Source: Chloroflexota bacterium (GTDB lineage: Bacteria; Chloroflexota; UBA6077; SHYK01). From it: DNA of 43,001 nucleotides. Below the pieces are notes generated by a model that saw only the letters and a program-made list of their open reading frames with translations, searched no databases and was not told the DNA's origin. The stretch spans positions 1 through 43,001 of the forward strand of contig JAERMM010000001.1 of NCBI GenBank assembly GCA_016844585.1. The letters are read 5' to 3'. Positions 1-9,695 of the stretch are shown here, in pieces; the stretch's first letter is position 1, and every line of letters starts with the position of its first letter. A program made the position numbers and the translations under genes.

Positions 1-1
1 C

Positions 2-1246
2 GGTTACTATCTGTCCGATTCGCATGCCGACGCGTTCATCTGCCAGCCAGAGCGGCTCGACGCGATGCAACCGTTGGCGAAGGATCTCGGCGTACGCTAC
101 GTCCACAGCCTGTCGACCGATGGCGCGTCCGGGAGCTTCCAGGTGCTCCTGGCTTCAAGTGCACCCAGCCCAGCGCCCGTCGCCCTCGGCCTGCACGATG
201 TGGCCGCGATCCTCTACACGTCAGGGACCACCGGCCGCCCCAAGGGCGCCGTCCTGACGCAGCAGAATCTCATCTCCAACATCGACGCGTTGCATGAGGC
301 ATGGGGCTGGCGGGACGACGATCTGCTGGTCCACGCGCTGCCGCTTTTCCACACACACGGGCTCTTCGTCGCCGTGAACGGGGTGCTGCGCGCCGGCGCC
401 AGCATGGTATTCCTGCCACGATTCGACCCTGACGCGGTGATCGAATGGCTGCCGCGCGCCAGCGTGTTCATGGGCGTGCCGACCATGTACCACCGACTCG
501 CGCAGGACCATCGGCTAACACCCGACCTCTGCCGATCCATGCGCCTCTTCGTGTCCGGCTCGGCTCCGTTGAGCGTCCATGACTTCGAGGGGTTCCGTGC
601 TCGCTCAGGGCACGCGATCCTCGAACGCTACGGCATGACCGAGACGACCATGAACATCTCCAACCCGCTGACCGGCCCGCGCAAGCCTGGCACGGTTGGA
701 CTGCCGCTGCCGGGCGTCGAGGTTCGCCTTGTCGATCCGGAGTCGCATGTTGAGGTACCGTCGGGCAGCGCGGGCGAGATCTGGCTGCGGGGGCCGAACG
801 TGTTCGCCGGTTACTTCGAGCGGCCCGACGCCACCGCGGAGGCGTTCTCCGACGGGTGGTTTCGAACCGGCGATCTCGCACAACAGGATGCGGACGGGTA
901 CTACGCGATCGTCGGGCGCTGCAAGGACCTCATCATCACCGGAGGCCTGAACGTCTATCCGGCTGAAGTGGAGGCTGTGCTGGACGCCATCGGCGGGGTT
1001 GATGAGAGCGCGGTGATCGGCTTGCCCGACCCGGACCTCGGCGAGCAGGTAACCGCCATCATCGTGCGGTCACAAGCCAGCCAGCCTTTGACGGGCGACG
1101 TTGTGAAGGCGTCCGCGCGCAATCGACTGGCCTCGTACAAGTGTCCGACGCGAGTCGAGTTCGTCGAGTCGCTTCCGAGGAACGCCATGGGTAAGGTTGA
1201 GAAGGCGCGGCTGCGCCAGCAGTTTTCCGGTCCGCCAGCCGGCTGA
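2..1246 (+). CDS. Malonyl-CoA synthetase (MatB)-like acyl-CoA synthetase, 5' end outside window
   Basis: Frame open from base 2; ANL-family motifs YTSGTTGRPKG, LPLFHTHGL, FMGVPTMY, ERYGMTE, GWFRTGDL, LPRNAMGKV typical of MatB. Confidence 0.85.
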   Translation, partial: GYYLSDSHADAFICQPERLDAMQPLAKDLGVRYVHSLSTDGASGSFQVLLASSAPSPAPVALGLHDVAAILYTSGTTGRPKGAVLTQQNLISNIDALHEAWGWRDDDLLVHALPLFHTHGLFVAVNGVLRAGASMVFLPRFDPDAVIEWLPRASVFMGVPTMYHRLAQDHRLTPDLCRSMRLFVSGSAPLSVHDFEGFRARSGHAILERYGMTETTMNISNPLTGPRKPGTVGLPLPGVEVRLVDPESHVEVPSGSAGEIWLRGPNVFAGYFERPDATAEAFSDGWFRTGDLAQQDADGYYAIVGRCKDLIITGGLNVYPAEVEAVLDAIGGVDESAVIGLPDPDLGEQVTAIIVRSQASQPLTGDVVKASARNRLASYKCPTRVEFVESLPRNAMGKVEKARLRQQFSGPPAG

Positions 1247-1294
1247 GCGCAACGATCGCGTGCCTCGCCTCGATCAGGGGCCGCCAGTCGCGAC

Positions 1295-2833
1295 CTATCG
1301 CTGAGTTGTTTCGATGAGCCGACGGATGTGATCTACGTCCACCGATTCTCGCAGGGTTGAAGCGAGGCGGTCGTAAGGATCGTCTGCGTCAATGGCGGGC
1401 GATATTGCAATGCCCTGTCGTTCCGCCAGATGGCTTATCAGTGCATCGGCGACCCGTCCGTCTCGGAGCAGGCCGTGCAGATAGGTCCCGACGATGTTGC
1501 CATCGGCGGAACGGGCGCCGTCGAGGCGCTCCAGGCCCTCGCGTTCTCTAACAGCGAAGGCGGCCGGCGCGTTGCACGTCGTCTGGCCCATGTGGATCTC
1601 GTACGCATCGAAACGAGTCTCGCCGCAATGGGTGAACAGTCCACCACCGACCGCGCGTCCTTGAACCTGGATCGTGGTTTTCTCGCCCGCGAAGCGGGTA
1701 ATCGCGGGCAAGAGGCCCAAACCATCATCCACCCCGGCCGGCCCTTCGACCCCATCCGGGTCCTCGATTCGCTCTCCAAGCATCTGATACCCGCCACAAA
1801 TCCCGAGGACCGCTCCCCCGCGCTCGGCATGCGCCATGATGGCGCGATCCAGGTTCCGCTGTCTCAGGAACGCGAGGTCTGCACGCGTGGTTTTGGTCCC
1901 AGGGAGGATCACCAGGGCCGGGTTGCCAAACGCCTCTTCGCTGTCGACGAATCGTAGGCCTACTCCGGGCCTGTTCCTGAGCGAGTCGAAGTCATCGAAG
2001 TTGGAGATCCGTGGCAGGCGAATGACCACGACGTCTATCGATTTCTCGTTGGCGTGCGAATCGTGCGCCTCCACGGTGCCCTCGCCATATGTTCGGACGG
2101 CTGATCCTGGCAACCCCAGTGAGTCCTCTTCAGCGATGCCCAATCGGTCGATCCAGGGTACGACCCCGATGACGGGGCGTTCGAGCCGCTCCTCAATGAA
2201 CGCAATGCCGGGCTGGAACAGCGTCACGTCGCCACGAAACTTGTTGACGACGAATCCCGCCACCCGCGCACGCTCCGCATCGTCGAGCAATGCCATCGTG
2301 CCGACCAGAGAAGCGAACACGCCGCCTCGGTCGATGTCCGCCACAAGCAGGACCGGAGCGTTCGCCGCGTGTGCGACCCGCATGTTGACGATGTCGTGCA
2401 ATTTCAGATTCATCTCGACAGGACTTCCAGCGCCTTCGATGACCACGATGTCGTAGGCGTCCAGCAACGTCCTCAGGCTGTCGAGCACAATCGGCCACAG
2501 CGCCTCTTTGCGCCGCTCGTATTGCGCTGCGTCCATGACCCCTTCGGGCCGCCCGAGTACCACGACCTGAGAGCGGGAATTGCCCTCGGGTTTGAGCAGG
2601 ATTGGGTTCATCTGCACGGTTGGAGTCACTCGCGCCGCCTCGGCCTGCGCGGCCTGGGCGCGACCAATCTCGCGCCCGTCTGGTGTTGCAAACGAGTTGA
2701 GGGCCATGTTCTGAGCCTTGAACGGAGCAACGCGGAAGCCATCCTGCTGGAACAGCCGGCACAGCCCCGCAACGAGCACGCTCTTCCCAACGTGTGACGA
2801 AGTCCCCTGGATCATGAGCGCGCGGCCGGTCAC
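1295..2833 (-). CDS. cobQ: Cobyric acid synthase CobQ/CbiP
   Basis: LMIQGTSSHVGKS, PFKAQNMALNS, IEGAGSPVE, RISNFDDF, GICGGYQMLG, GTYLHG motifs. GTG start at 2833 overlaps the upstream stop (GTGA). Confidence 0.95.
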   Translation of the reverse strand: MTGRALMIQGTSSHVGKSVLVAGLCRLFQQDGFRVAPFKAQNMALNSFATPDGREIGRAQAAQAEAARVTPTVQMNPILLKPEGNSRSQVVVLGRPEGVMDAAQYERRKEALWPIVLDSLRTLLDAYDIVVIEGAGSPVEMNLKLHDIVNMRVAHAANAPVLLVADIDRGGVFASLVGTMALLDDAERARVAGFVVNKFRGDVTLFQPGIAFIEERLERPVIGVVPWIDRLGIAEEDSLGLPGSAVRTYGEGTVEAHDSHANEKSIDVVVIRLPRISNFDDFDSLRNRPGVGLRFVDSEEAFGNPALVILPGTKTTRADLAFLRQRNLDRAIMAHAERGGAVLGICGGYQMLGERIEDPDGVEGPAGVDDGLGLLPAITRFAGEKTTIQVQGRAVGGGLFTHCGETRFDAYEIHMGQTTCNAPAAFAVREREGLERLDGARSADGNIVGTYLHGLLRDGRVADALISHLAERQGIAISPAIDADDPYDRLASTLRESVDVDHIRRLIETTQR

Positions 2834-3945
2834 AGGACCTGCCTCATTGCGTCGAGAAGCGCTTGCTGGTCGGGAATCGGGCGAACGCCAATGCGGATGC
2901 AATCCGTCAGGCCAAAGGACTCACAGTCGCGTACTGCCAGGCCTCTGCTAAGTAGCTCGCGCGTGACTCGCCGGGCGTCCGGGATTGGGAGCAGTACGAA
3001 GTTTGCAACGCTCGGGTACGAGTCCAGGCCGAGGTCATCCAGGCCGCGCACGAGATGCTGACGCGCTGCAGCGACGGCGCGGCGAGACTCAGCCTGGTGC
3101 TCCTCATCGCTCAGCGCCGCAAGGGCAGCGGCCTGCGCCAGGCTATTCACGCTCCAGGGGGGAATAACTCGCCGAATGGCTGCCGCTGCATCCGAAGCAG
3201 CCACCGCGTACCCGACGCGAAGCCCGGCCAGGCCAGCGTCCTTTGTGAGCGAACGCAGAACGACAATGCTGGGCAGCCGCAGAGCAAGCGCGGACGGGAC
3301 CCCATCGCAAAGCGTCAGATAGGCCTCGTCCACCACGATCAGGGTTTCTGAAGAAGCCTTAACCAGCCTCGCAACGATATCCATTGGGAAGGGTGCACCC
3401 GTGGGATTGTTCGGATGGCAAAGCCAGAGGATTCTGGGCCTCTTCTGTCGGACCAGATCCACGATGGTGTCGCCCTCAATAGTCTCGCCCGGTGGAGCTG
3501 CCGCGTGCATCTCTACCTGAGCGCCACATGCCGCCGACCCCACGGCGTACTCCCCGTAGGTTGGTCCCAGCACGAGCGCGACGTCGCCCGGCTTAAGGTA
3601 GGCACGCGCGACCGCCCAGATCACCTCCGTTGAACCGTTCCCCGCCACGATGGCTGTTGGGTCCACCGAGAGGCGCTGCGCAATGGCCTCGCGCAGCGCC
3701 GTCGCATCGCGATCGGGATAGCGAGACACGTCGACGCGTGCAATTGCCTCAGCGACCCGAGGTGAGGGCCCGACAACATTTCCGTTTGCGCTGAAGTCGA
3801 TGATGCAATCTGGCGCTAGGCCGTCGCGACTGGCGTTCGTTGGGTCTACAGCGCCGTGTACGGCGGGCTCCAGTGTCTCGATCCAGGGAACTGGAGTAGG
3901 GCCGCTCCGATCCGTCGCTTGAGGGATGGCCGTTTCCGTATGCAT
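2830..3945 (-). CDS. PLP-dependent class I/II aminotransferase, likely L-threonine-O-3-phosphate decarboxylase (CobD/CobC type)
   Basis: HG...DFSANGN, YPD, GNGSTE, HPNNPTG, DEAY, RSLTKDAGLAGLRVGY motifs; lies between cbiB and cobQ; ATG 3945 overlaps the cbiB stop (TGATG). Confidence 0.85.
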   Translation of the reverse strand: MHTETAIPQATDRSGPTPVPWIETLEPAVHGAVDPTNASRDGLAPDCIIDFSANGNVVGPSPRVAEAIARVDVSRYPDRDATALREAIAQRLSVDPTAIVAGNGSTEVIWAVARAYLKPGDVALVLGPTYGEYAVGSAACGAQVEMHAAAPPGETIEGDTIVDLVRQKRPRILWLCHPNNPTGAPFPMDIVARLVKASSETLIVVDEAYLTLCDGVPSALALRLPSIVVLRSLTKDAGLAGLRVGYAVAASDAAAAIRRVIPPWSVNSLAQAAALAALSDEEHQAESRRAVAAARQHLVRGLDDLGLDSYPSVANFVLLPIPDARRVTRELLSRGLAVRDCESFGLTDCIRIGVRPIPDQQALLDAMRQVL

Positions 3946-4943
3946 CAGTGTTGCTGAAGGAGCGGAACGATGACATCTGCCGAGATGCTCAGGACCGTTA
4001 CTGCGACGAGTGCGAATGTGGCGGCTAGCGCGGCGGTCCAGCGCGCAATGTGGATGCCTCGTCGGATCGTGGATGGCGTGCGCTCCGCCTGCGGATCTCC
4101 GAGTCGGTAGTGGCCAACCTTCTCGAGTTGAACGCCAAGGGCTCCTGCCATTGCGGCCATCGGCCAACCCGCATTTGGGCTCTCCGTCCGCTTGTGGTCG
4201 CGAAACGCGTGCGACGCCGCTCGACCGGGATGGGCGCGCGCGACGATGGCCGCGCTCACCAGGAGAAGCGCGGTGAGGCGGGCAGGGATGAGGTTTACGA
4301 GGTCGTCGAGGCGCGCCGCGACCTTGCCGAGATGCTCGAACTGGCCACGGTATCCGATCATGGCGTCGAGCGTGTTGATCGCCCGATAGGCAACCGCTCC
4401 AGGCACTCCGAACAACGCGAAGTAGAAGAGCGGCCCCACCCAGGAATCACTCAGATTCTCCGCCAGTGACTCGATGGCGCTGGACGTCAGCAGGCTCGAG
4501 GGTAGCGATTCCGTGTCGCGACTCACCAGCGCTCGAAGCGTGTTTCTCGCCCCGATCAAGTCTCCAGCAGCGATCTCGTCGGCGACCGTGAGGGTTTCCC
4601 GGTCGAGCTGGCGATACGACATACTCACCTTCAGCAGCAACGCGCCCGCGATGATCGCGACCGGCGGGCTGATCCCATCAAGGATATCCAGAATCAGGGT
4701 GCTCACAAACGCCACGCCAACGCCGACGCCGAGAACCATCGCGGCGCCATACAGCAGCCGGATCACGTCGCCGCGATTGGGCGCCAACACCACCAGCTTC
4801 GCGATCAGGCGGCCCAGGAGCGCGACCGGGTGCAGAGGGCTCACCGGGTCGCCGACTGCGAGCTCCGCAAGCAGGGCTAACGAAAGGACGATGGCTGCTT
4901 CTGGAGGCATCGGAAGCTCGATTCCTGGCGGGTTCGGCTGCAC
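3945..4943 (-). CDS. cbiB: Adenosylcobinamide-phosphate synthase CbiB
   Basis: GDP..LHPV, LVSRDT, ESLAENLSD, YRAINTLDAMIGY, ARLDD..N.IPARLT, SPNAGWP motifs. Start is GTG 4943 (possibly leaderless) or ATG 4910. Confidence 0.92.
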   Translation of the reverse strand: MQPNPPGIELPMPPEAAIVLSLALLAELAVGDPVSPLHPVALLGRLIAKLVVLAPNRGDVIRLLYGAAMVLGVGVGVAFVSTLILDILDGISPPVAIIAGALLLKVSMSYRQLDRETLTVADEIAAGDLIGARNTLRALVSRDTESLPSSLLTSSAIESLAENLSDSWVGPLFYFALFGVPGAVAYRAINTLDAMIGYRGQFEHLGKVAARLDDLVNLIPARLTALLLVSAAIVARAHPGRAASHAFRDHKRTESPNAGWPMAAMAGALGVQLEKVGHYRLGDPQAERTPSTIRRGIHIARWTAALAATFALVAVTVLSISADVIVPLLQQH

Positions 4944-4970
4944 GCGATATAGTACCCATCTACCTCGCGG

Positions 4971-7070
4971 ATGGTCCGCGATGAGGCGAAAGGGCAAGAT
5001 CTCCGTGGCAGAATCGGAACGGAGCGCCGCCTCTTGGCCCAGGTCGTGCTGCGAATAGCTGTCGTCCAGCCGCCGGGCTCAACCTCTGACGAGCCGCCGG
5101 TGCTGTTGACGGACGCCCAGCGTGGATGGTTTCGTCGCAGCCGCATCGAGCCAATCGCTTTGTCTCTGAGCCTGCGCGGCGACGTCGGATCGCACGATGA
5201 GATCCTCTCGAGCATCGAGGAAACCTTCCTCGGAGCAATGCGCTACACAGTCACAACGAGCCTGACCCGCGCCCTGCTTGCCGCCCATGAGCTGCTGTCG
5301 CGAGAGAATGCGCTGTCACTGCCTGACCAGCGTCGGTTTGGAAGCGCCGTGATTGCTGTCGCGCGCCCCGACGGCATCTACGTGGCGCGAGTTGGCCATA
5401 CGCTGGTCGGGTGGTTCGATGCTACCGGCGGGCAGGTTCGATCGGACGATGCCGGCAGCCGTGAGGATCAAGAGCAGGTCAGCGAGCTCGGCGGTCCGTC
5501 GAAGCCACGCGTGACGACCGAGTTTTTCCCGCTCAGCGCTGGTGAGGCGGTGTTCTTGCTTCCGGGGGTAACGGCCTCGACCGTGGGTGCGAATTCCCTT
5601 GCCACAGATGGTCGTACCGATGTGGATCTGGAACCGGCGTCCAGGCTACTAGGGCAGGCGCCCGCGGCCAGCGCGGGCCTCGTGTTGTGGTGGCCTGGCG
5701 GCGACGACGACGTTGCGGACGAGCGCTGGGTTGGGTGGGGCTCCGGTGCCGCGCACTCGCCCACGCTGACCCGCAAACCGCCGGCGCGCGCGGCGCCGTC
5801 TCTGCTCACGTCGGCGGTGGGACTGGAAACCAGCGAAACCGAAGCCCCGCCATCGTCTCCCACGGGTCAGGTGGAGTCCGATGTCGTGGCGGCCTCCGGC
5901 TCGCCCCGTGCGCCGGCCCACCTCCCACTCGTCCAAATGCGCTCTGTAACCAAGCGAACCGCTCTGCTGCCTCTCGTGGTGCTCGCGGGCTTGCTTGTGT
6001 TTGCCATCGCGCTGCTGCGCGGAGCATTTCCGTCCCCCAGCGCGCCGGAGCGATCGCTGTCCGACGCAGGCCGTCTCATACAGCAGGCGCGCGCAATCGG
6101 AGACCGGGAGAGGTCGACGCCGCTTCTCGACGAGGCGATCTCCATTCTCGAGCCGCAGGCAGATCGAGATGAGGGGGCTCGCGCACTGCTTGCCGATGCG
6201 CGAATCGAGCGGGACAGGGTTCTGAACATTGTCCGTGTGACCCCAGCTCAGGTTCAAAGGCTGGCGCTGCCGAGCAGCCCATCTCCTCGCCCCGTGGCGC
6301 TCTGGAAAACCGACGAACGGCTCCTTGTGCTCGATCTTGGCGCGCAGATCCTCATTCGAACAAATGCTGATGGGACTGGTTTCGAGGCAGCGCTGAGTCC
6401 TGGTGATCCCATTGGGGGTCAGCAGATCGGCTTGTTCGTCACCGGCGCCTGGTCTCCCCCGAGAGGTGCGAATACGCAGGGCCAGCTGATGATCGTCGAC
6501 AGCGAGCGGCGACTGGTGGCGATTGCCCAGAACGGCGACGTGGCACAGCGCTGGGCGCCGCCGGACTCCGCGCGGTGGGAGCGGCTTGGGCCCGCTGCCG
6601 CGACCTACGACGACTTGTTCCTCGTCGATACCGGCGCCAGCCAGGTGTGGAGATACCCCGCCCGGGCGGTGGGCGCCCTCGGTTCGATCGTCCTTACGTC
6701 GGACCAGGAGCCCCGCCTTTCATCTGTCGTTGACCTGGCGACCGATGGAAACCTGTACCTCCTATTCGGAGACGGCCAGATCGAAAAGTTGGCCCCGGGA
6801 GGCGCCGTGCTGCCCTTCGACGGCGAAGTGCCGGACCGGCCTCTGAGAAACGCCGTCGCCGTGTATGCGCATCCGGACCTGGATCGGATCTGGGTGCTCG
6901 ATCCCGTGGAATCGCGGGTGGTCGAGTTTACGGTCGAGGGTCGGTACACGCGACAATACGTCTTTCCCGCCGAGCTGTTTCGGGGCGCCGTCAATCTGGA
7001 CGTGGATGCGAGAGCGGGCGAGCTGCGCGTCCTTACCACACAGTCTGTGCTGCTCGCCCAATTAGAATAG
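4971..7070 (+). CDS. Membrane-anchored protein: degenerate PP2C-like N-terminal domain, low-complexity linker, TM helix, C-terminal NHL/beta-propeller
   Basis: 699 aa ORF; hydrophobic [18 protein letters not shown] segment; repeated [35 protein letters not shown] blades; stop overlaps the tsaD start. Confidence 0.65.
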   Translation: MVRDEAKGQDLRGRIGTERRLLAQVVLRIAVVQPPGSTSDEPPVLLTDAQRGWFRRSRIEPIALSLSLRGDVGSHDEILSSIEETFLGAMRYTVTTSLTRALLAAHELLSRENALSLPDQRRFGSAVIAVARPDGIYVARVGHTLVGWFDATGGQVRSDDAGSREDQEQVSELGGPSKPRVTTEFFPLSAGEAVFLLPGVTASTVGANSLATDGRTDVDLEPASRLLGQAPAASAGLVLWWPGGDDDVADERWVGWGSGAAHSPTLTRKPPARAAPSLLTSAVGLETSETEAPPSSPTGQVESDVVAASGSPRAPAHLPLVQMRSVTKRTALLPLVVLAGLLVFAIALLRGAFPSPSAPERSLSDAGRLIQQARAIGDRERSTPLLDEAISILEPQADRDEGARALLADARIERDRVLNIVRVTPAQVQRLALPSSPSPRPVALWKTDERLLVLDLGAQILIRTNADGTGFEAALSPGDPIGGQQIGLFVTGAWSPPRGANTQGQLMIVDSERRLVAIAQNGDVAQRWAPPDSARWERLGPAAATYDDLFLVDTGASQVWRYPARAVGALGSIVLTSDQEPRLSSVVDLATDGNLYLLFGDGQIEKLAPGGAVLPFDGEVPDRPLRNAVAVYAHPDLDRIWVLDPVESRVVEFTVEGRYTRQYVFPAELFRGAVNLDVDARAGELRVLTTQSVLLAQLE

Positions 7071-8086
7071 TGGCCATGCGCGTTCTAGCCATCGAAAGCT
7101 CGTGCGATGAAACCGCGGCTGCCGTCATTCGAGACGGACGCTGGATCGAGGGCAACGCGGTTGCGAGCCAGATCCCTCTGCATCAGCAGTTCGGTGGCAT
7201 CGTTCCCGAGGTCGCCTCACGCGCGCACGTCCAGGCTATCGTCCCGGTCATTCGGGATGCGATGGCCCAGGCAGAGGCTACCTGGGACGACATCGACGTC
7301 GTCGCGGGGACCATGGGGCCAGGTCTCGCCGGCTCGCTGATCATCGGCTTGAATGCCGCCAAGGCAATTGCATACGCTCGTGATCTTCCATTCGTGGGCG
7401 TCAATCATCTCGAGGGGCACATCTACGCGAACTGGCTCGCGCCGGCCTCCGAGGAACACAGGCCACCCGCAGAGCCCGAGTTCCCCCTCCTCTGTCTGGT
7501 CGTCTCTGGCGGACATACTGACCTGGTCTTGATGCGTGGCCATGGGGATCTGACGCGCCTTGGACGCACCCGCGATGATGCCGCCGGCGAGGCCTTCGAC
7601 AAGGTGGCGCGCATTCTTGGTCTGGGCTTTCCGGGTGGACCGATCATTCAGAAGGCGGCCGAGAGCGGTGATCCGAAGCGGTACCCGCTACCGCGGGCCT
7701 GGCTGAAAGGATCTTGGGACTTCAGTTTCAGTGGACTAAAGACCGCTGCTCTGCGGCTCGTGCAGTCCTTCCCTGAAGGTGAGGTGTCCGTCTCGGACGT
7801 AGCCGCGGCGTTCCAGGAGTCCGTCGCCGACGTGCTGTCGACGAAGACGGCGCAGGCTGCCACCGAGTTAAACGCCCGTCAAGTGGCTGTCGCCGGTGGC
7901 GTCGCAGCAAATAGCGCGCTCCGCGCAATGGTCCAGGAGCGGTCGCCTGTCCCGGTACGGTTGCCTCCGCTCAAGTACTGCACTGATAACGCCGCCATGA
8001 TCGGCAGCGCAGGGTATTATCGATACCTGGCTGGTGTTCGTTCCGATCTCACGACGGATGTATCGGCGAATCTCCCTATCGCCTGA
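7070..8086 (+). CDS. tsaD: tRNA N6-threonylcarbamoyladenosine (t6A) synthesis protein TsaD
   Basis: [75 protein letters not shown] motifs. Confidence 0.97.
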   Translation: MAMRVLAIESSCDETAAAVIRDGRWIEGNAVASQIPLHQQFGGIVPEVASRAHVQAIVPVIRDAMAQAEATWDDIDVVAGTMGPGLAGSLIIGLNAAKAIAYARDLPFVGVNHLEGHIYANWLAPASEEHRPPAEPEFPLLCLVVSGGHTDLVLMRGHGDLTRLGRTRDDAAGEAFDKVARILGLGFPGGPIIQKAAESGDPKRYPLPRAWLKGSWDFSFSGLKTAALRLVQSFPEGEVSVSDVAAAFQESVADVLSTKTAQAATELNARQVAVAGGVAANSALRAMVQERSPVPVRLPPLKYCTDNAAMIGSAGYYRYLAGVRSDLTTDVSANLPIA

Positions 8087-8113
8087 CTACGACGAACCCA
8101 CCAACTTCACCAG
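7944..8113 (+). repeat. Direct repeat copy 1 (tsaD 3' end plus end of the convergent gene)
   Basis: Aligns by eye with 12737-12903 at an offset of 4793 bp through the stop codon. Confidence 0.95.
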
Positions 8114-8335
8114 CTCGTCTGGCGCCATCCCCATGGCCGCGGCGATCTGCTTCAGCGCCGGATGGCTAAGATTTCCGCTCGGGTTCAGCGGGAGAAGCAC
8201 TTCGCCGAAGACCTCATGTTTGAGCTTCAGGTGCTTATGGTGCCCGGCCTGCACAGCGTAACCCTGGCGCTGCAGAAAGCGCCGCATCTCGCTCGTCTTG
8301 ATCGACGACAGGGCGAACCCCTTCGATTTTCCCAT
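8087..8335 (-). CDS. HicA-like small basic protein (putative type II toxin, mRNA interferase fold)
   Basis: 82 aa, basic; pattern EMRRFLQRQGY...GHHKH.KLKH...LP......L....LKQI resembles HicA/YcfA; no adjacent hicB. Confidence 0.65.
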   Translation of the reverse strand: MGKSKGFALSSIKTSEMRRFLQRQGYAVQAGHHKHLKLKHEVFGEVLLPLNPSGNLSHPALKQIAAAMGMAPDELVKLVGSS

Positions 8336-8382
8336 GCCTGAGTCACTCCGTCCCGCGAGTGCCCACCGGCAGGCCTACTTGA

Positions 8383-9552
8383 CTACGGCATGCCCAGCCC
8401 GAGACCGAAGTAGAACTGACCTGTCTTCTCCCACCAAACCGGGGAGACCGCGAGGTGCTGTCCCGCTGTATGGATGTCGCGCAGGCAGCGCTCCAAGCGG
8501 TGACCCGAGTAAATGGGGGTCGCACCTGCCAAAGCGAATACCATGTCTACCGCTTTGACACAGGAAGCACCGGTGTTGACGCAGGCCAGCCGCCGGTTGG
8601 CTTCCACGTCCTCGGGCACACCCTTGCTCGTCCTGACCGCATCCATGAGGTCGCGCGCTACCTGGTAAAGATACGCACGCGACGATTGGACGAGTGCTTC
8701 GGCTCTCGCTACTTCGGCGTGGATCGTTGGTCGCGATGCCAGGCCAGTCTGGCTCATGGTGGGCGTTTTCTCCCTTGCCAACGCGACGAAGGCGTCGATC
8801 GAGGCCCGGGCCGTACCGAGAAGGACGGAAGCCAGAGCCATGCTGAACAATGGCATGATCCCCGTCTTGAACAATGGGCCAGATACCTGTGGGGTTGTCG
8901 TAAAGAGGGAGAACACGCGATGCTCGGGCACGAAAACGTCGGCGACGGTGAAGTCGGTGCTTCCGGTCCCGCGCAGCCCCATCGAGTTCCACGTGTCGAG
9001 AATCTGGCAATCCTCGCGACGGAAGAACATCACCCTGAAGTCTGGCGCCGCGCCCGGTCCCATGCGCGGCGCGTCTCCATCGAAGACGAGAGCCACGGCA
9101 CCGAGCCAGTCGCCATGGTGACAACCGCTCGCCAGCGGCCACTGTCCGCTTAGCCTGTATCCCTCATTCACAGGCGTGGCGCGGCCCTTTGGAGCCACCG
9201 AACCGGGGATCGGGACGTTCGGGCCGTTTGCGTAAATTTCTTTGGCGCCTTCCTCTGGAAGGAACGCGGCCAAAACGGCTCCGGCGGCGAGGTTTGCGAA
9301 GACCCAGCCGGCCGCTCCGTCCATTTGTGACACGTGCTCGACGGCTTCCATGAAGGCTGGGAGATCGATCTCGCTTCCACCGTACTCCTTCGGCGTCCAT
9401 AGCTGGAAAAGGCCCGCATCGCTCATCGCTCTGACAACAGCGTCTGGGAGACGGCGCTCCCGTTCGCCATCGTCTCGGTGCTGCTCAATGGCCTGCGAAA
9501 CGGGCTCCAGCAAAACTTGCGTGTCCCCTCTTCCGAGTTCGACTGCCGACAA
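8383..9552 (-). CDS. Acyl-CoA dehydrogenase-fold flavin-dependent monooxygenase (HsaA/C2-HpaH-like)
   Basis: ERERRLPD...GLF..WTPKEYGG, GYRLSGQWPLASGC.H.DW, DTW..MGLRGTGS.DF, LERCLRDIH motifs; GGAGG SD 5 nt before TTG at 9552. Confidence 0.85.
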   Translation of the reverse strand: MSAVELGRGDTQVLLEPVSQAIEQHRDDGERERRLPDAVVRAMSDAGLFQLWTPKEYGGSEIDLPAFMEAVEHVSQMDGAAGWVFANLAAGAVLAAFLPEEGAKEIYANGPNVPIPGSVAPKGRATPVNEGYRLSGQWPLASGCHHGDWLGAVALVFDGDAPRMGPGAAPDFRVMFFRREDCQILDTWNSMGLRGTGSTDFTVADVFVPEHRVFSLFTTTPQVSGPLFKTGIMPLFSMALASVLLGTARASIDAFVALAREKTPTMSQTGLASRPTIHAEVARAEALVQSSRAYLYQVARDLMDAVRTSKGVPEDVEANRRLACVNTGASCVKAVDMVFALAGATPIYSGHRLERCLRDIHTAGQHLAVSPVWWEKTGQFYFGLGLGMP

Positions 9553-9695
9553 TGTTGCCTCCAAGGTCGCTGTTGGCTGTTCGCCATGATCGCACAAGGG
9601 AAAGAATCAACGATGCGACGCGTGTTGTGCATCGGGCAACTGACCTATATGCTTGATCGAGTCGAGCTATTGGAACTCTTGAAGGCGGTTCAGCA

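Noticed and set aside
2-1246. Functional link between the MatB-like ligase and the biotin FabF
   Set aside because: Over 22 kb apart with unrelated genes between; no sequence evidence of co-regulation.
4911-5100. Cobalamin riboswitch upstream of cbiB
   Set aside because: No B12-box recognisable, and the region is occupied by the divergent gene.
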